Shown in pieces: positions 28,397 to 37,916 of a stretch of 64,000 nt of DNA. The position numbers and the translations under genes were made by a program. The stretch lies in the IMG/VR virus record IMGVR_UViG_3300030330_005471; one strand, 5' to 3'. The DNA comes from a virus (lineage: Duplodnaviria; Caudoviricetes). The notes beneath the pieces are model-generated. The model was not told where the DNA came from. It was given only the letters and a program-made list of their open reading frames with translations, and did no database searches. Position 1 is the first letter of the stretch. Each line of letters opens with the position of its first letter.

Positions 28397-29152
28397 ATGG
28401 CTATAAATTTAGAAGCAATGCGAGCTAAACTAAACGCAAGCAAAAACGGCGTGAAAGCCAAAAAAGATAATACGAAGTGGCGCCCGAAAGAAGGTGATCA
28501 AACCATTCGTATTCTGCCAACGAAAGATGGCGACCCTTTTAAGGAGTTTCACTTTCACTACAACGTAGGAAAGAATCCCGGAATCCTTTGCCCCAAAGCA
28601 AACCATGGAGAAGATTGTCCTATTTGCAACTTTGCCTCAACATTATGGAGAGATGGAGTTCAAAATAACGACGATACAGCGAAACGAGAAGCAAAGAAAT
28701 TGTTTGTTCGTAAGCGATACTTCTCACCTATCTTGGTTCGAGGTGAAGAGGATGAAGGTGTGCGAGTCTGGTCTTATGGCAAGATGGCATATGAAACTCT
28801 ACTCGGACTTGTATTAGACCCAGACTATGGTGATATTACAGACTCTGAGGCCGGCACCGATATAGTACTGAACTATAACGTCCCCGGTACACCCGGTTCT
28901 TTTCCAAAGACCATTCTTAAGCCTCGTAGACGACCATCGGTTTTGTGTGATGATGATGTCGCGGATTGCGAAGCTCTACTAGACTCTGTTCCTGATATCT
29001 CAGGTCTGTTTGAACGTAAGACCTCCGATCAAGTTCAAGCTATATTAGATGAATTTCTATCGAATGAGACCTCCTCCGAAGGTCGATCATCTGAAACAGA
29101 GAAGTATGGGACTGACGCAGTCAACGATGCTTTCGATAAGTTAATGAGTTAG
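28397..29152 (+). CDS. Single-stranded DNA-binding protein (gp32-like)
   Basis: WRP..TIRILP, CP..GEDCPIC, RYFSPILVRGEEDEGV, DYGDITD..GTDI, acidic tail. Confidence 0.85.
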   Translation: MAINLEAMRAKLNASKNGVKAKKDNTKWRPKEGDQTIRILPTKDGDPFKEFHFHYNVGKNPGILCPKANHGEDCPICNFASTLWRDGVQNNDDTAKREAKKLFVRKRYFSPILVRGEEDEGVRVWSYGKMAYETLLGLVLDPDYGDITDSEAGTDIVLNYNVPGTPGSFPKTILKPRRRPSVLCDDDVADCEALLDSVPDISGLFERKTSDQVQAILDEFLSNETSSEGRSSETEKYGTDAVNDAFDKLMS

Positions 29153-29164
29153 GAAACCGAAGCC

Positions 29165-29192
29165 TGCCCTCGGCGTTGTAGGGGGCATTTTT
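29165..29192 (+). terminator. Rho-independent terminator
   Basis: tgccctc...gggggca-ttttt. Confidence 0.7.
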
Positions 29193-29212
29193 ATCATTAT
29201 AAAGGAGACAAA

Positions 29213-29344
29213 ATGATATTATTTTCAGCACTTATGTTCGCTTGTGGCGACGAAGAAGAAGTAGTAGAACCAGCCGAAGAAGTGGTTGACTCTGCACAAG
29301 AAGGAGAAGATTCTTCAGCAGAATCTGAAGAACCTGCGGAATAA
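29213..29344 (+). CDS. Small acidic lipoprotein (43 aa, absent from ORF track)
   Basis: AAGGAG RBS; MILFSALMFA-CGDEEEVVEPAEE...; lipobox-like FAC. Confidence 0.7.
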   Translation: MILFSALMFACGDEEEVVEPAEEVVDSAQEGEDSSAESEEPAE

Positions 29345-29383
29345 CGCACTAAAACCTCATAGTTATTAAAAAGAGGTATTTAT

Positions 29384-29932
29384 ATGGAAGTTTTAATAGT
29401 TTGTGGTTTGTTTTATTTGGGTTTAGTTTATGCTCAATTACTTGAATGGGTGATACATAAACATCTTTTACACAAACTAGGAAAAGATAAAAAGAACAAG
29501 TTTTTTGCTTATCATTTCTACGAACACCATAGGTCATCAAGAAACAATCTTTTCTACGATGAACCATCAACAAAAGAAACCCTTTCCCTTGCTTTTTTAG
29601 CATTTCTACATATACCAGTTTGGTTTATTTCCGTGCCACTTTTCTGTGGTACTATTGCCGGTGCTCTGAGATACTATTATGTTCATCGAAAGGCACATTT
29701 AGAACCTGAATGGTGTAGAAAACATTATCCTTGGCACTATGCTCACCATATGGCAATAACACAGGAAAAAAACTGGGGAGTTACCACGGATTTGTTTGAT
29801 AGAATATTTGGAACCCGATTGGTGTATGTCGGAACTGAGAAAGAAAAGAAAGATACACAAAGAAGAATCAACAGACTAAGTAAAAGGAGAAACAATGGGA
29901 GAACTGATTCAAATGAAAGCAGGAAAGATTAA
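29384..29932 (+). CDS. Fatty acid hydroxylase/sterol desaturase family membrane enzyme
   Basis: His boxes EWVIHKHLLH, HFYEHH, VHRKAH, HYAHH; NWGVT..DRIFGT. Confidence 0.88.
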   Translation: MEVLIVCGLFYLGLVYAQLLEWVIHKHLLHKLGKDKKNKFFAYHFYEHHRSSRNNLFYDEPSTKETLSLAFLAFLHIPVWFISVPLFCGTIAGALRYYYVHRKAHLEPEWCRKHYPWHYAHHMAITQEKNWGVTTDLFDRIFGTRLVYVGTEKEKKDTQRRINRLSKRRNNGRTDSNESRKD

Positions 29933-31010
29933 CATCAATGAGATGAAAAAGAAAATTAATAAGTCAATGGGCCTTGAAGCGGCTTTTGACCTAAGAGAGA
30001 AGAATCCAACAGAAGTAACTGATTGGATACCGACAGGCTCTCGCTGGCTAGACTCTATTATCTGTAAGGGTAAGATGGCTGGAATACCAATAGGAAAGAT
30101 CACCGAACTCGCTGGTCAATCCTCTGTCGGTAAGTCTTATATGGCAGTACAGATAGCGGCAAACGCTCAGAAGAAAGATATCTTCGTAGTGTACTTCGAC
30201 TCAGAGTCTGCCATTGACCCAATGTTCTTAGAAGAGTCAGGAATAGACTTAGATAATAACTGGATGTACGCTCAAGCTATTTCAGTTGAAAAGGTACTAG
30301 GAACAATACAAGATTTGTTGGATAACTATCCTGAACAAAGATTCTTGTTTATTTGGGACTCAATAGCAGCAACTGCTTGCGAGAAAGACATTGAAGGAAA
30401 CTTTAACCCACAAGCGACTATGGCTGTGAAGCCAAGGATACTTGGAAAAGGTTTTAGAAAACTTACACTACCACTAGCGAACCAACAGTGTGCTTTATTA
30501 CTTGTAAACCAACTCAAAACGAATATTACAACAAATATAGCAGAAGCACTGACTACTCCTTGGTTTGCACCCGGTGGGAAGGCGATTGAGTATATGTCTT
30601 CCCTACGAATCTGGCTTACCTCCAGAAAGTCCAAAGCTTCATTCGTTTTTGACGAAAGTGGACGGAGAGTGGGATCAGAAGTTAAGGCAAAGTTGAAGAA
30701 GTCGCGTTTTGGAACACAAGATCGAATGTGTGGCTTTCAGATACTTTGGGGTGATGGAATAGGCGTAATGGACGAAGAGTCTTGGCTTGAAGTCATCAAA
30801 CAGTCATCCTCCTATCGAGTTGGGGGAGGTTGGTGTTACCTTAAAGATCCGAAAGGAAAGGAGCACAAGTTCCGACAAAAAGAATGGAAAAAGAAACTTG
30901 AAGACGACAAGTTTAGAGAAATGGTCATCAAAATGATGGACTATGAACTGATCGAACAATTTGATAGTGGAAACTCAAATATCAAATTAGAAGGTGAAGA
31001 CGAAGAATAA
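29895..31010 (+). CDS. recA: RecA/UvsX recombinase
   Basis: IPTGS..LD, GKITELAGQSSVGKS, FDSE, WDSIAA, NQL, PGGKAIEY. Confidence 0.93.
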   Translation: MGELIQMKAGKININEMKKKINKSMGLEAAFDLREKNPTEVTDWIPTGSRWLDSIICKGKMAGIPIGKITELAGQSSVGKSYMAVQIAANAQKKDIFVVYFDSESAIDPMFLEESGIDLDNNWMYAQAISVEKVLGTIQDLLDNYPEQRFLFIWDSIAATACEKDIEGNFNPQATMAVKPRILGKGFRKLTLPLANQQCALLLVNQLKTNITTNIAEALTTPWFAPGGKAIEYMSSLRIWLTSRKSKASFVFDESGRRVGSEVKAKLKKSRFGTQDRMCGFQILWGDGIGVMDEESWLEVIKQSSSYRVGGGWCYLKDPKGKEHKFRQKEWKKKLEDDKFREMVIKMMDYELIEQFDSGNSNIKLEGEDEE

Positions 31011-31035
31011 CAGCATGTAAGTTCTCCTATGTTGG

Positions 31036-31061
31036 CCCCCGACAAAGCGTCGGGGGTTTTT
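31036..31061 (+). terminator. Rho-independent terminator
   Basis: cccccgac-aaagc-gtcggggg-ttttt. Confidence 0.9.
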
Positions 31062-31102
31062 CGTTTGTTGAAAATCTACTTATATGATACAACTATGGAG
31101 GA

Positions 31103-31372
31103 TTGTTAATGCTGGATATTTTTTGGAATAAGATATGCAAAGATGCAGGAGTAACAACAAAAAAAGAAATACTCGAGATGGAAGGTCAAATAAAAAAACT
31201 TGAAAAAGAGATCTCAAACAGAAAGGAACTGATCGAGTTATTTGAAAAAGATCCAACAACTCTAAACAAGAAGCATATCGACAGACACATCATTGGCATC
31301 AAAAAAGCAGAAATGAAGATCGCCGAGATACAAAAAGAAATAAAAAACTGCAAAAAAGAATTTGACAAATAA
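31103..31372 (+). CDS. Coiled-coil hypothetical protein preceded by the late motif (start may be ATG 31109)
   Basis: CTACTTAT at 31076; GGAGG RBS. Confidence 0.6.
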   Translation: MLMLDIFWNKICKDAGVTTKKEILEMEGQIKKLEKEISNRKELIELFEKDPTTLNKKHIDRHIIGIKKAEMKIAEIQKEIKNCKKEFDK

Positions 31373-31389
31373 CTTAAACGTGTTATATT
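31362..31389 (+). promoter_or_regulatory. sigma70-like promoter
   Basis: TTGACA-16-TATATT with TG. Confidence 0.7.
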
Positions 31390-31410
31390 ACATATACATT
31401 CGGAGGATAT

Positions 31411-32343
31411 ATGGATAACTACAATCTAGGTTATGCTTGTATTAACAAAAGCTTTTCGGAGCTTCCAAAGAAACAACGCATAACAACAAACCGTGGTATG
31501 ATAAGACGCACCTTTCTTGAGAAGGGTTTGCCTTACGTATCAGAACTGGCTTTGGCTAATTGCCAAGACCTATACAAAATACTACAATGGAACAAGAAGA
31601 ACGACATAAACTTTTTTCGTATGTCATCTGGTCTGTTTCCTTGGGGTTCGGAGTATGCATTTGAAGATCTACCAGATTACGAAGCAATCGCTGAAACCTT
31701 ATATGAATGCGGTCTTTTCGCTGCTGAGAACGACATTCGCATCACAACACATCCAGATCATTTCAACAAACTAACATCTCCAAAAGAGTCTGTGATTCTC
31801 AATACAATCAAGGACTTGGAACTACATGGTAGAATGTTTGACTTGATGTGCTTGGCAAACTCACCATATGCTAAGATTAACATACATGTCGGTGCAGCGT
31901 ATGATGACAAACAAATGGCTTTGGACAACTTCTGCAAAAACTTCAAAAGACTATCAGAATCTGTACAAAGTCGCCTGACAGTAGAGAATGACGACAAACC
32001 TTCACTATATACTGTGAGGGAGCTCTATGATAATATCTATAAACGCATTAATATTCCTGTGGTGTTTGATTACCATCATCACCTTTTGCACGATGGAGGG
32101 CAAGGAGAGCGAGAAGCTTTGGATATGGCTTTGTCTACTTGGCCTGTGGGTATTCGTCCTGTGGTCCACTATTCTGAGTCTCGAGCCGACGAGCACGGAG
32201 ATCCTAAAATCAAGCCACAAGCTCATTCTGATTCTTATGTTCGGCCCATAAACACATATGGACACGAAATGGATATCATGCTTGAGGCTAAACACAAAGA
32301 GCAAGCACTCTTTAAAATGCGTCAACTTATGGAGGAAAAATGA
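31411..32343 (+). CDS. uvsE: UV damage endonuclease
   Basis: LGYACIN, FFRMSS, HPDHF, INIHVG, LTVENDDK, FDYHHH, HYSES, AHSD, MLEAKHKE. Confidence 0.95.
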   Translation: MDNYNLGYACINKSFSELPKKQRITTNRGMIRRTFLEKGLPYVSELALANCQDLYKILQWNKKNDINFFRMSSGLFPWGSEYAFEDLPDYEAIAETLYECGLFAAENDIRITTHPDHFNKLTSPKESVILNTIKDLELHGRMFDLMCLANSPYAKINIHVGAAYDDKQMALDNFCKNFKRLSESVQSRLTVENDDKPSLYTVRELYDNIYKRINIPVVFDYHHHLLHDGGQGEREALDMALSTWPVGIRPVVHYSESRADEHGDPKIKPQAHSDSYVRPINTYGHEMDIMLEAKHKEQALFKMRQLMEEK

Positions 32344-32432
32344 GTTATACTTATCTCTGGGCTTTGTTTGCCCTTGTGTTTATTGTAATGCCCGCTATTG
32401 GATCTTGGGCGATCCATCAGGAGTGGAAATGA
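32340..32432 (+). CDS. Small membrane peptide (30 aa)
   Basis: GGAGG RBS; ATGA-coupled at both ends; MSYTYLWALFALVFIVMPAIGSWAIHQEWK. Confidence 0.6.
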   Translation: MSYTYLWALFALVFIVMPAIGSWAIHQEWK

Positions 32433-33379
32433 AAAAACTAGTAATAATTGACGGTCTCAACATGTTTTTGAGATCATATATCATAAACCCAACAATGGAC
32501 CCTCAAGGTAATATGATAGGAGGAGCCATAGGCTTCTTAAAAAGCCTTCAGAAGACATGCAATGACTTCGACCCAGATGAAATAATAATCGCTTGGGATG
32601 GCTCAGGAGGGTCACAAAAAAGAAAGGATATGGACAAGGGCTACAAAGCTGGGAGAAAGCCCGTAAGGTTCAATAGAAGAATGTTCGAACTTTCGGAAAC
32701 GGAAGAAGAAAACAATAAAGCTTACCAGCACGTTAGACTTATGGAGTATCTTAATGAAATGCCGATTATACAACTTATTATTGACTACGTGGAAGCCGAT
32801 GATATTATCGCTTATCTTGATGGACACGATAAATATCGAGACTATCACAAGTATATTGTCTCAAGCGATAGAGATTTCTTCCAACTCGTCGGAGACAGAA
32901 CAAGCCTCTATCGACCAATTCAAAAGAAACTTGTCAACAAAGCTGATCTTCTTTCTGAACATGGTATTCATCCCAATAATTTTGCCCTTGCTAGGGCTAT
33001 TGCAGGCGACAAGTCAGATAACCTTGACGGGGTGCCTCGTGTTGGGCTTAAAACAGTTAAAAGTCGTTTTCCTTTTATGGCTGACGAAAAGGTTCAAACT
33101 GTTGAAACGCTTACAGAGTATTGTAAAAACTTGGACAAAAAGGTTAGCGTTCACACAAAAATTATTGAACATGCTGATCTGATTCAACATAACTATGAGA
33201 TCATGCAATTGTACGATCCATTGATAGGTGGAAACGCAATAAGACAGATTGATTACGCAGTTGACAATTTCGAACCAGAATTTAACAAAATAGCGTTTCA
33301 GAGGCTCCTAATGAAAGATGGCCAGATAACGATGAAGCTAGATAATCTTTATCGTGTATTTAAAAAAATAATTTCTTGA
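32429..33379 (+). CDS. 5'-3' exonuclease/flap endonuclease (T4 RNase H, PolI N-domain type)
   Basis: IIDGLNMF, AWDG, YKAGR, EADDII, SSDRDFFQL, GDKSDNLDGVPRVGLKT. Confidence 0.93.
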   Translation: MKKLVIIDGLNMFLRSYIINPTMDPQGNMIGGAIGFLKSLQKTCNDFDPDEIIIAWDGSGGSQKRKDMDKGYKAGRKPVRFNRRMFELSETEEENNKAYQHVRLMEYLNEMPIIQLIIDYVEADDIIAYLDGHDKYRDYHKYIVSSDRDFFQLVGDRTSLYRPIQKKLVNKADLLSEHGIHPNNFALARAIAGDKSDNLDGVPRVGLKTVKSRFPFMADEKVQTVETLTEYCKNLDKKVSVHTKIIEHADLIQHNYEIMQLYDPLIGGNAIRQIDYAVDNFEPEFNKIAFQRLLMKDGQITMKLDNLYRVFKKIIS

Positions 33380-33403
33380 CAATACGTGAAAACGTGTTAT
33401 ACT
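33376..33403 (+). promoter_or_regulatory. sigma70-like promoter
   Basis: TTGACA-16-TATACT with TG. Confidence 0.7.
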
Positions 33404-33426
33404 TAATATTACATTCGGAGGAAAAC

Positions 33427-34782
33427 ATGGATAGAAAAGAAACATTTAGCAATATCGGAGGAAGACACTTTCAAGAGAGTTTGTGTCAGATTATGTTGGA
33501 GGATCGCCCTTTTTGCGATCAAATTATGGAAGTGCTTGAGATTGATTTCTTTGAGAGCGTCGATATCAGAGCATTTGTACAAATATTAACAGAATATAAA
33601 GAGAAATATTCTCCAACACCACATCCTAGTTATGAAATGATGGCATCGCTTATCAAAAGTAACATAAAAAACTTTGACAAAAGTACTGGTGAGAGATTAA
33701 AGAAGTTGTTCATTAGTTTTAAAGATAGACATATTGAGAACAAAGAGCATGTTGTTAACACATCAATAGACTTTTGTCGAAAACAAGCCTTGAAAAAAGC
33801 AATGATGAAGTCTGTAAAGCTAATACAAAATTCTTCTTTTGACGAGATCGAAAAAGAGATTCAAGCAGCTTTAACACTAGGTACAGATAACAATTTTGGC
33901 CATGATTACAGAGCAGACGCTGAGGCTCGTTTCGTAGTTCAGTCACGAAACCCAACAACAACTGGTTGGCCCCAATTGGACGAGATCACAAGAGGTGGTT
34001 TCGGAACAAGGGAACTTGCCGTCGTTATTGCTCCCACAGGAGCTGGTAAGTCGATGGTTTTGGTTCACCAAGGAGCAACAGCCCTTCAACTTGGAAAGAC
34101 GGTTGTACACTATACTCTGGAGCTTGCAGACACTGTTGTAGGTCAAAGATATGACTCTTGTATAACAGAGGTTGGATTAAAAGATTTGATTCATTCTAAA
34201 GATATTGTCATGGAAAAAATAAAAGATGTACCCGGTCGACTAATTATCAAAGAGTATCCGACGAAATCGGCGTCGACAAAAAATCTTGAAAACCATGTGG
34301 AAAAGTTATTAAAACGTGGCATCAAGCCGGATGTTATTATCGTTGATTATGCGGATCTATTGAGACCTAGAAAGTCATCATCAGAAAAGAGGCATGAATT
34401 GGAAAACATTTATGAAGAACTTAGAGCAATCGCCCAAAAACACGAATGCACTGTACTAACAGCATCACAAACAAACAGGGGCGGACTTAATGCCGAAGTT
34501 ATCACAATGGAGTCCATATCAGAAGCGTTTAATAAATGCTTTGTTGCTGACTTTATATATTCACTGTCTAGGACACCAACAGATAAGCAGTCCAACAAAG
34601 GACGCATATTTATTGCAAAAAACAGAAACGGACCCGATGGGCTCGTATATAATGCTTTTGTTGATTGGTCTAATGTCAAGATAAAGATTTTAGAAGAATC
34701 ACCAGAAGAGCCAGAGATAGGCGCTAAAGACGCCTTGTCATATTTAAAGAACAAATATTCAAATTTATCAGGATCAAAATAA
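33427..34782 (+). CDS. dnaB: Replicative DNA helicase (DnaB/gp41 family)
   Basis: APTGAGKS, YTLEL, IIKEYPT, IVDYADLL, TASQTNR, AKNRNG. Confidence 0.93.
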   Translation: MDRKETFSNIGGRHFQESLCQIMLEDRPFCDQIMEVLEIDFFESVDIRAFVQILTEYKEKYSPTPHPSYEMMASLIKSNIKNFDKSTGERLKKLFISFKDRHIENKEHVVNTSIDFCRKQALKKAMMKSVKLIQNSSFDEIEKEIQAALTLGTDNNFGHDYRADAEARFVVQSRNPTTTGWPQLDEITRGGFGTRELAVVIAPTGAGKSMVLVHQGATALQLGKTVVHYTLELADTVVGQRYDSCITEVGLKDLIHSKDIVMEKIKDVPGRLIIKEYPTKSASTKNLENHVEKLLKRGIKPDVIIVDYADLLRPRKSSSEKRHELENIYEELRAIAQKHECTVLTASQTNRGGLNAEVITMESISEAFNKCFVADFIYSLSRTPTDKQSNKGRIFIAKNRNGPDGLVYNAFVDWSNVKIKILEESPEEPEIGAKDALSYLKNKYSNLSGSK

Positions 34783-34792
34783 GGAGAACAAC

Positions 34793-36649
34793 ATGGGAAC
34801 TGCGAATAAAATATTATCAGAAATAACCGTACATATGAAGTACGCTAGGTATCTGCCGGAAAAACAGAGAAGAGAAAACTGGGACGAATTAGTTACCAGA
34901 AACAAGGAAATGCATCTTAAAAAATTTCCCAGTTTAAAAGAGGAAATTGAGTGGGCATATGCTTATGTTTACGACAAAGAGGTGCTGCCTTCAATGCGTT
35001 CAATGCAGTTTGGTGGAAAACCTATTGAAGTGTCGCCAAACCGTGTGTTTAACTGTGCATATGCTCCTATTGATGATATTCGCGTGTTTGGAGAAATTAT
35101 GTTTCTTCTTCTCGGAGGAACTGGTGTTGGCTATTCAGTTCAAACAAACCATATTGAAAAGCTTCCTTCTATCAACAAGCCAAACCCAAAGAGAGCCCGT
35201 CGTTATTTGATCGGTGACTCTATTGAAGGTTGGGCTGACGCTGTTTCTATGCTTATTAAATCGTACTTCAAAGGTACAAGTAAGGTGCGTTTTGACTTTT
35301 CTGATATCCGTCCGAAAGGTGCAAGACTAGTTACATCCGGTGGAAAGGCTCCCGGCCCACAACCACTGAGGGAATGTCTTGTCAAGGTTGAAGGAATATT
35401 GGATTCAAAGGATGAAGGAGATCAACTTTCATCTATCGAGGTTCACGATATTGTATGCCATATTGCAGACGCCGTTCTTGCTGGTGGTATTCGTCGTGCT
35501 GCTCTTATTTCGCTATTTTCGGCAGACGACCAAGCGATGTTATCAGCAAAAGCAGGTAACTGGTGGGAAACAAACCCCCAAAGAGGACGTGCAAACAACT
35601 CGGTAGTCATCATGAGGCACCGCATCGACAAAGACACCTTCTTGGACCTCTGGGAGCGTGTAAAGCAATCAGGAACAGGAGAGCCCGGTTTTTACTTCAC
35701 AAATGATAAAGATTATGGTTGCAATCCTTGTTGCGAGATCTCTCTTCGTCCCTTCCAATTTTGCAATCTCACAGAGATAAACGTAAGCGATGTCGAGACA
35801 CAAGTAGATTTCGAGAACAGAGCCCGAGCAGCAACCATCATTGGAACCCTTCAAGCTAGTTATACAGACTTTCACTATCTCAGACCGGTATGGCAGAGAA
35901 ATACAGAGAAAGATTATCTTATTGGTGTATCAATGACAGGTATCGCATCAGGAAATGTTCTTAAAATGGATATGCCTCAAGCTGCGGAGATTGTGAAAAT
36001 AACCAACGCAGAAATTGCGGAGAAAATAGGAATCAAACCTGCTGCCCGTTGCACAACAGTAAAACCTGCTGGAACCACCAGTTTGACCCTTGGAACATCA
36101 AGTGGTATTCATGCTTGGCACAACGACTATTATATCAGAAGGCTACGAGTTGGAAAGAACGAAGCAATATATCAATACCTTGCCATAAGACACCCAGAGT
36201 TGGTTGAGGATGAATATTTTAGACCACATGACACAGCAGTTATATCTGTACCGCAGAAAGCTCCTGAAGGCTCTATAACACGTCATGAGACCGCCTTAGA
36301 GTTACTAGAGAGGGTAAAGACTGTTCACCTTAACTGGGTCAAAAAAGGACATCGTTCCGGACAAAATACCAACAATGTTTCTGCTACTATCACCATCAAG
36401 CCTGACGAATGGGAAGAGGTTGGTGAATGGATGTGGGAGAACAAACACAACTATAATGGCTTGTCTGTTTTGCCCTACTCTGATCACACCTATATGCAAG
36501 CACCGTTTGAAGATTGTGACGAAGAAACGTACAACAAACTATTTACTACACTAGCTGTTATCGATTTGGACAATGTTGTCGAGATAGAAGATAACACAGA
36601 TCTAAAGGGTGAAGCCGCTTGTGCCGGTGGAGCTTGTGAAATAATCTAA
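34793..36649 (+). CDS. nrdJ: Class II (B12-dependent) ribonucleotide reductase
   Basis: LPSMR, FNCAY, GTGVGYS, GGIRRAA, NPCCEI, TVKPAGT, C-terminal ACAGGACE. Confidence 0.92.
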   Translation: MGTANKILSEITVHMKYARYLPEKQRRENWDELVTRNKEMHLKKFPSLKEEIEWAYAYVYDKEVLPSMRSMQFGGKPIEVSPNRVFNCAYAPIDDIRVFGEIMFLLLGGTGVGYSVQTNHIEKLPSINKPNPKRARRYLIGDSIEGWADAVSMLIKSYFKGTSKVRFDFSDIRPKGARLVTSGGKAPGPQPLRECLVKVEGILDSKDEGDQLSSIEVHDIVCHIADAVLAGGIRRAALISLFSADDQAMLSAKAGNWWETNPQRGRANNSVVIMRHRIDKDTFLDLWERVKQSGTGEPGFYFTNDKDYGCNPCCEISLRPFQFCNLTEINVSDVETQVDFENRARAATIIGTLQASYTDFHYLRPVWQRNTEKDYLIGVSMTGIASGNVLKMDMPQAAEIVKITNAEIAEKIGIKPAARCTTVKPAGTTSLTLGTSSGIHAWHNDYYIRRLRVGKNEAIYQYLAIRHPELVEDEYFRPHDTAVISVPQKAPEGSITRHETALELLERVKTVHLNWVKKGHRSGQNTNNVSATITIKPDEWEEVGEWMWENKHNYNGLSVLPYSDHTYMQAPFEDCDEETYNKLFTTLAVIDLDNVVEIEDNTDLKGEAACAGGACEII

Positions 36650-36656
36650 GGAGTAT

Positions 36657-36845
36657 ATGATGAAAGAAAAAATGGAAGCACTTATTGAGAATCTCCAAGC
36701 AGCCATCGCTGACTTAGAGAAAGTTGAAGAACATGCATATGGCTACAAATCAGCAGCTGTTAGAGTTCGTAAAGTAATGCATGAAGCAAGAGGTGAACTT
36801 CAAGAGTTGAGAAAAGAAGTTCAAACAAAGAAAAATTTGGGTTAA
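36657..36845 (+). CDS. Histone H1-like Hc1-family small protein
   Basis: DLEK..GYKSAAVRVRK..LQELRKEV resembles Hc1 GNKAAxxRxR motif. Confidence 0.6.
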   Translation: MMKEKMEALIENLQAAIADLEKVEEHAYGYKSAAVRVRKVMHEARGELQELRKEVQTKKNLG

Positions 36846-36847
36846 AC

Positions 36848-36876
36848 TTGACAAATACACTAAAGTGTGTTATAAT
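36848..36876 (+). promoter_or_regulatory. sigma70-like promoter
   Basis: TTGACA-17-TATAAT with TG. Confidence 0.85.
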
Positions 36877-36964
36877 ATATATATGCTGTCTTGTCTTGGG
36901 TACAAGATAGAGCCTGTGGCAACTCTTCTTTGCGTGACAGGCCGTTATTAAATTTGGAGGTATA

Positions 36965-37252
36965 ATGTTAAAAGATATATTTAATAGGCATGTTTGGATC
37001 GAACTGCTTGAAGAGGAAGAAAAGAAAGAAGATAAGGGCTTTTTATTGCCTGAAGGGTACGAAAAACCAAAGTCACCGTATGCAATAGGCAAAGTCTTAA
37101 TTTGTTCTGAGGATGGCAACCTGCATTTAAACACAGGAGACCTTATAGTTTTTCAAAGATCTATGCTTCAAGAGATGGAGATAAAGGGTGAGAAGATCTA
37201 TTTAATATTAGAAAACTACATCTTTGGGAGTATAGACAATGAAGTTAACTAG
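36965..37252 (+). CDS. groES: Co-chaperonin GroES-like
   Basis: 95 aa; mobile loop GFLLPE, GKVL, GDLIVF, EIKGEKIYLILENYIFG. Confidence 0.75.
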   Translation: MLKDIFNRHVWIELLEEEEKKEDKGFLLPEGYEKPKSPYAIGKVLICSEDGNLHLNTGDLIVFQRSMLQEMEIKGEKIYLILENYIFGSIDNEVN

Positions 37253-37916
37253 AGAATATTTAAAAAAACTGATCATGGAGCAAATGGGCCTACCTCCAGT
37301 AAATGAAGCACAAATGTCTCTTGGAGAAGCAAGAGCAGCCTTGGCATCACAGTTTGACGCTGGTGGCCCTTTTACAGTTGCGATGCTATCAGCTGAGAAC
37401 CCACCAAATCCGCCACCAGATTGGAACAACGAACAGATGATGAAAAATCTTGAAAATGACATGATTCAGAGAAATATGAATTACTACCTTATCGACGGTC
37501 AGTATTTTGGAACAGCAGAGAAATCTTATCTTGTTGTTAATTCACCAAAAGGTCAGATCATACATTTGGGCAAGAAATATCTTCAAGATTCTGTTATTTG
37601 GGGAGAAAAACAAAGAGCAATGGCCGACGAAGGTGCTGGTCCGAATATCTTTTTCCGTTTCTTCTTTATTCAATGCCACCCAGAAGAGGGACCAAAGTCT
37701 CCGAAGTATACTATTTCAGATGAAAAAGACGTTATCTTGAGTGACGAAAGTATCCAAGCAAGAGAGGATATGTTCTCAAGGATTGGTGGAGAAAAATTTG
37801 TTATTCCTTTCTTCACAGACCCAGAGATGGAATATAAAGCAAATGTCAGACCAGAAAAGATGGACACTATCGACGGTAGACAGGTTGGTGGAATATATGA
37901 GGTGAAAGGTGAGTGA
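37239..37916 (+). CDS. Head-protein-like leader fused to a DUF3293/SAM-lyase-like domain
   Basis: MKLTREYLKKLIMEQ leader; LSAENP..N..L..GQY...EKSYLV..LGKKYLQDSVI; CTATTTAA at 37198. Confidence 0.55.
   Translation: MKLTREYLKKLIMEQMGLPPVNEAQMSLGEARAALASQFDAGGPFTVAMLSAENPPNPPPDWNNEQMMKNLENDMIQRNMNYYLIDGQYFGTAEKSYLVVNSPKGQIIHLGKKYLQDSVIWGEKQRAMADEGAGPNIFFRFFFIQCHPEEGPKSPKYTISDEKDVILSDESIQAREDMFSRIGGEKFVIPFFTDPEMEYKANVRPEKMDTIDGRQVGGIYEVKGE

Noticed and set aside
32258-33426. Long upstream starts given for the exonuclease (32258) and helicase (33376)
   Set aside because: RBS and motif positions favour 32429 and 33427; the extensions overlap other genes or a promoter
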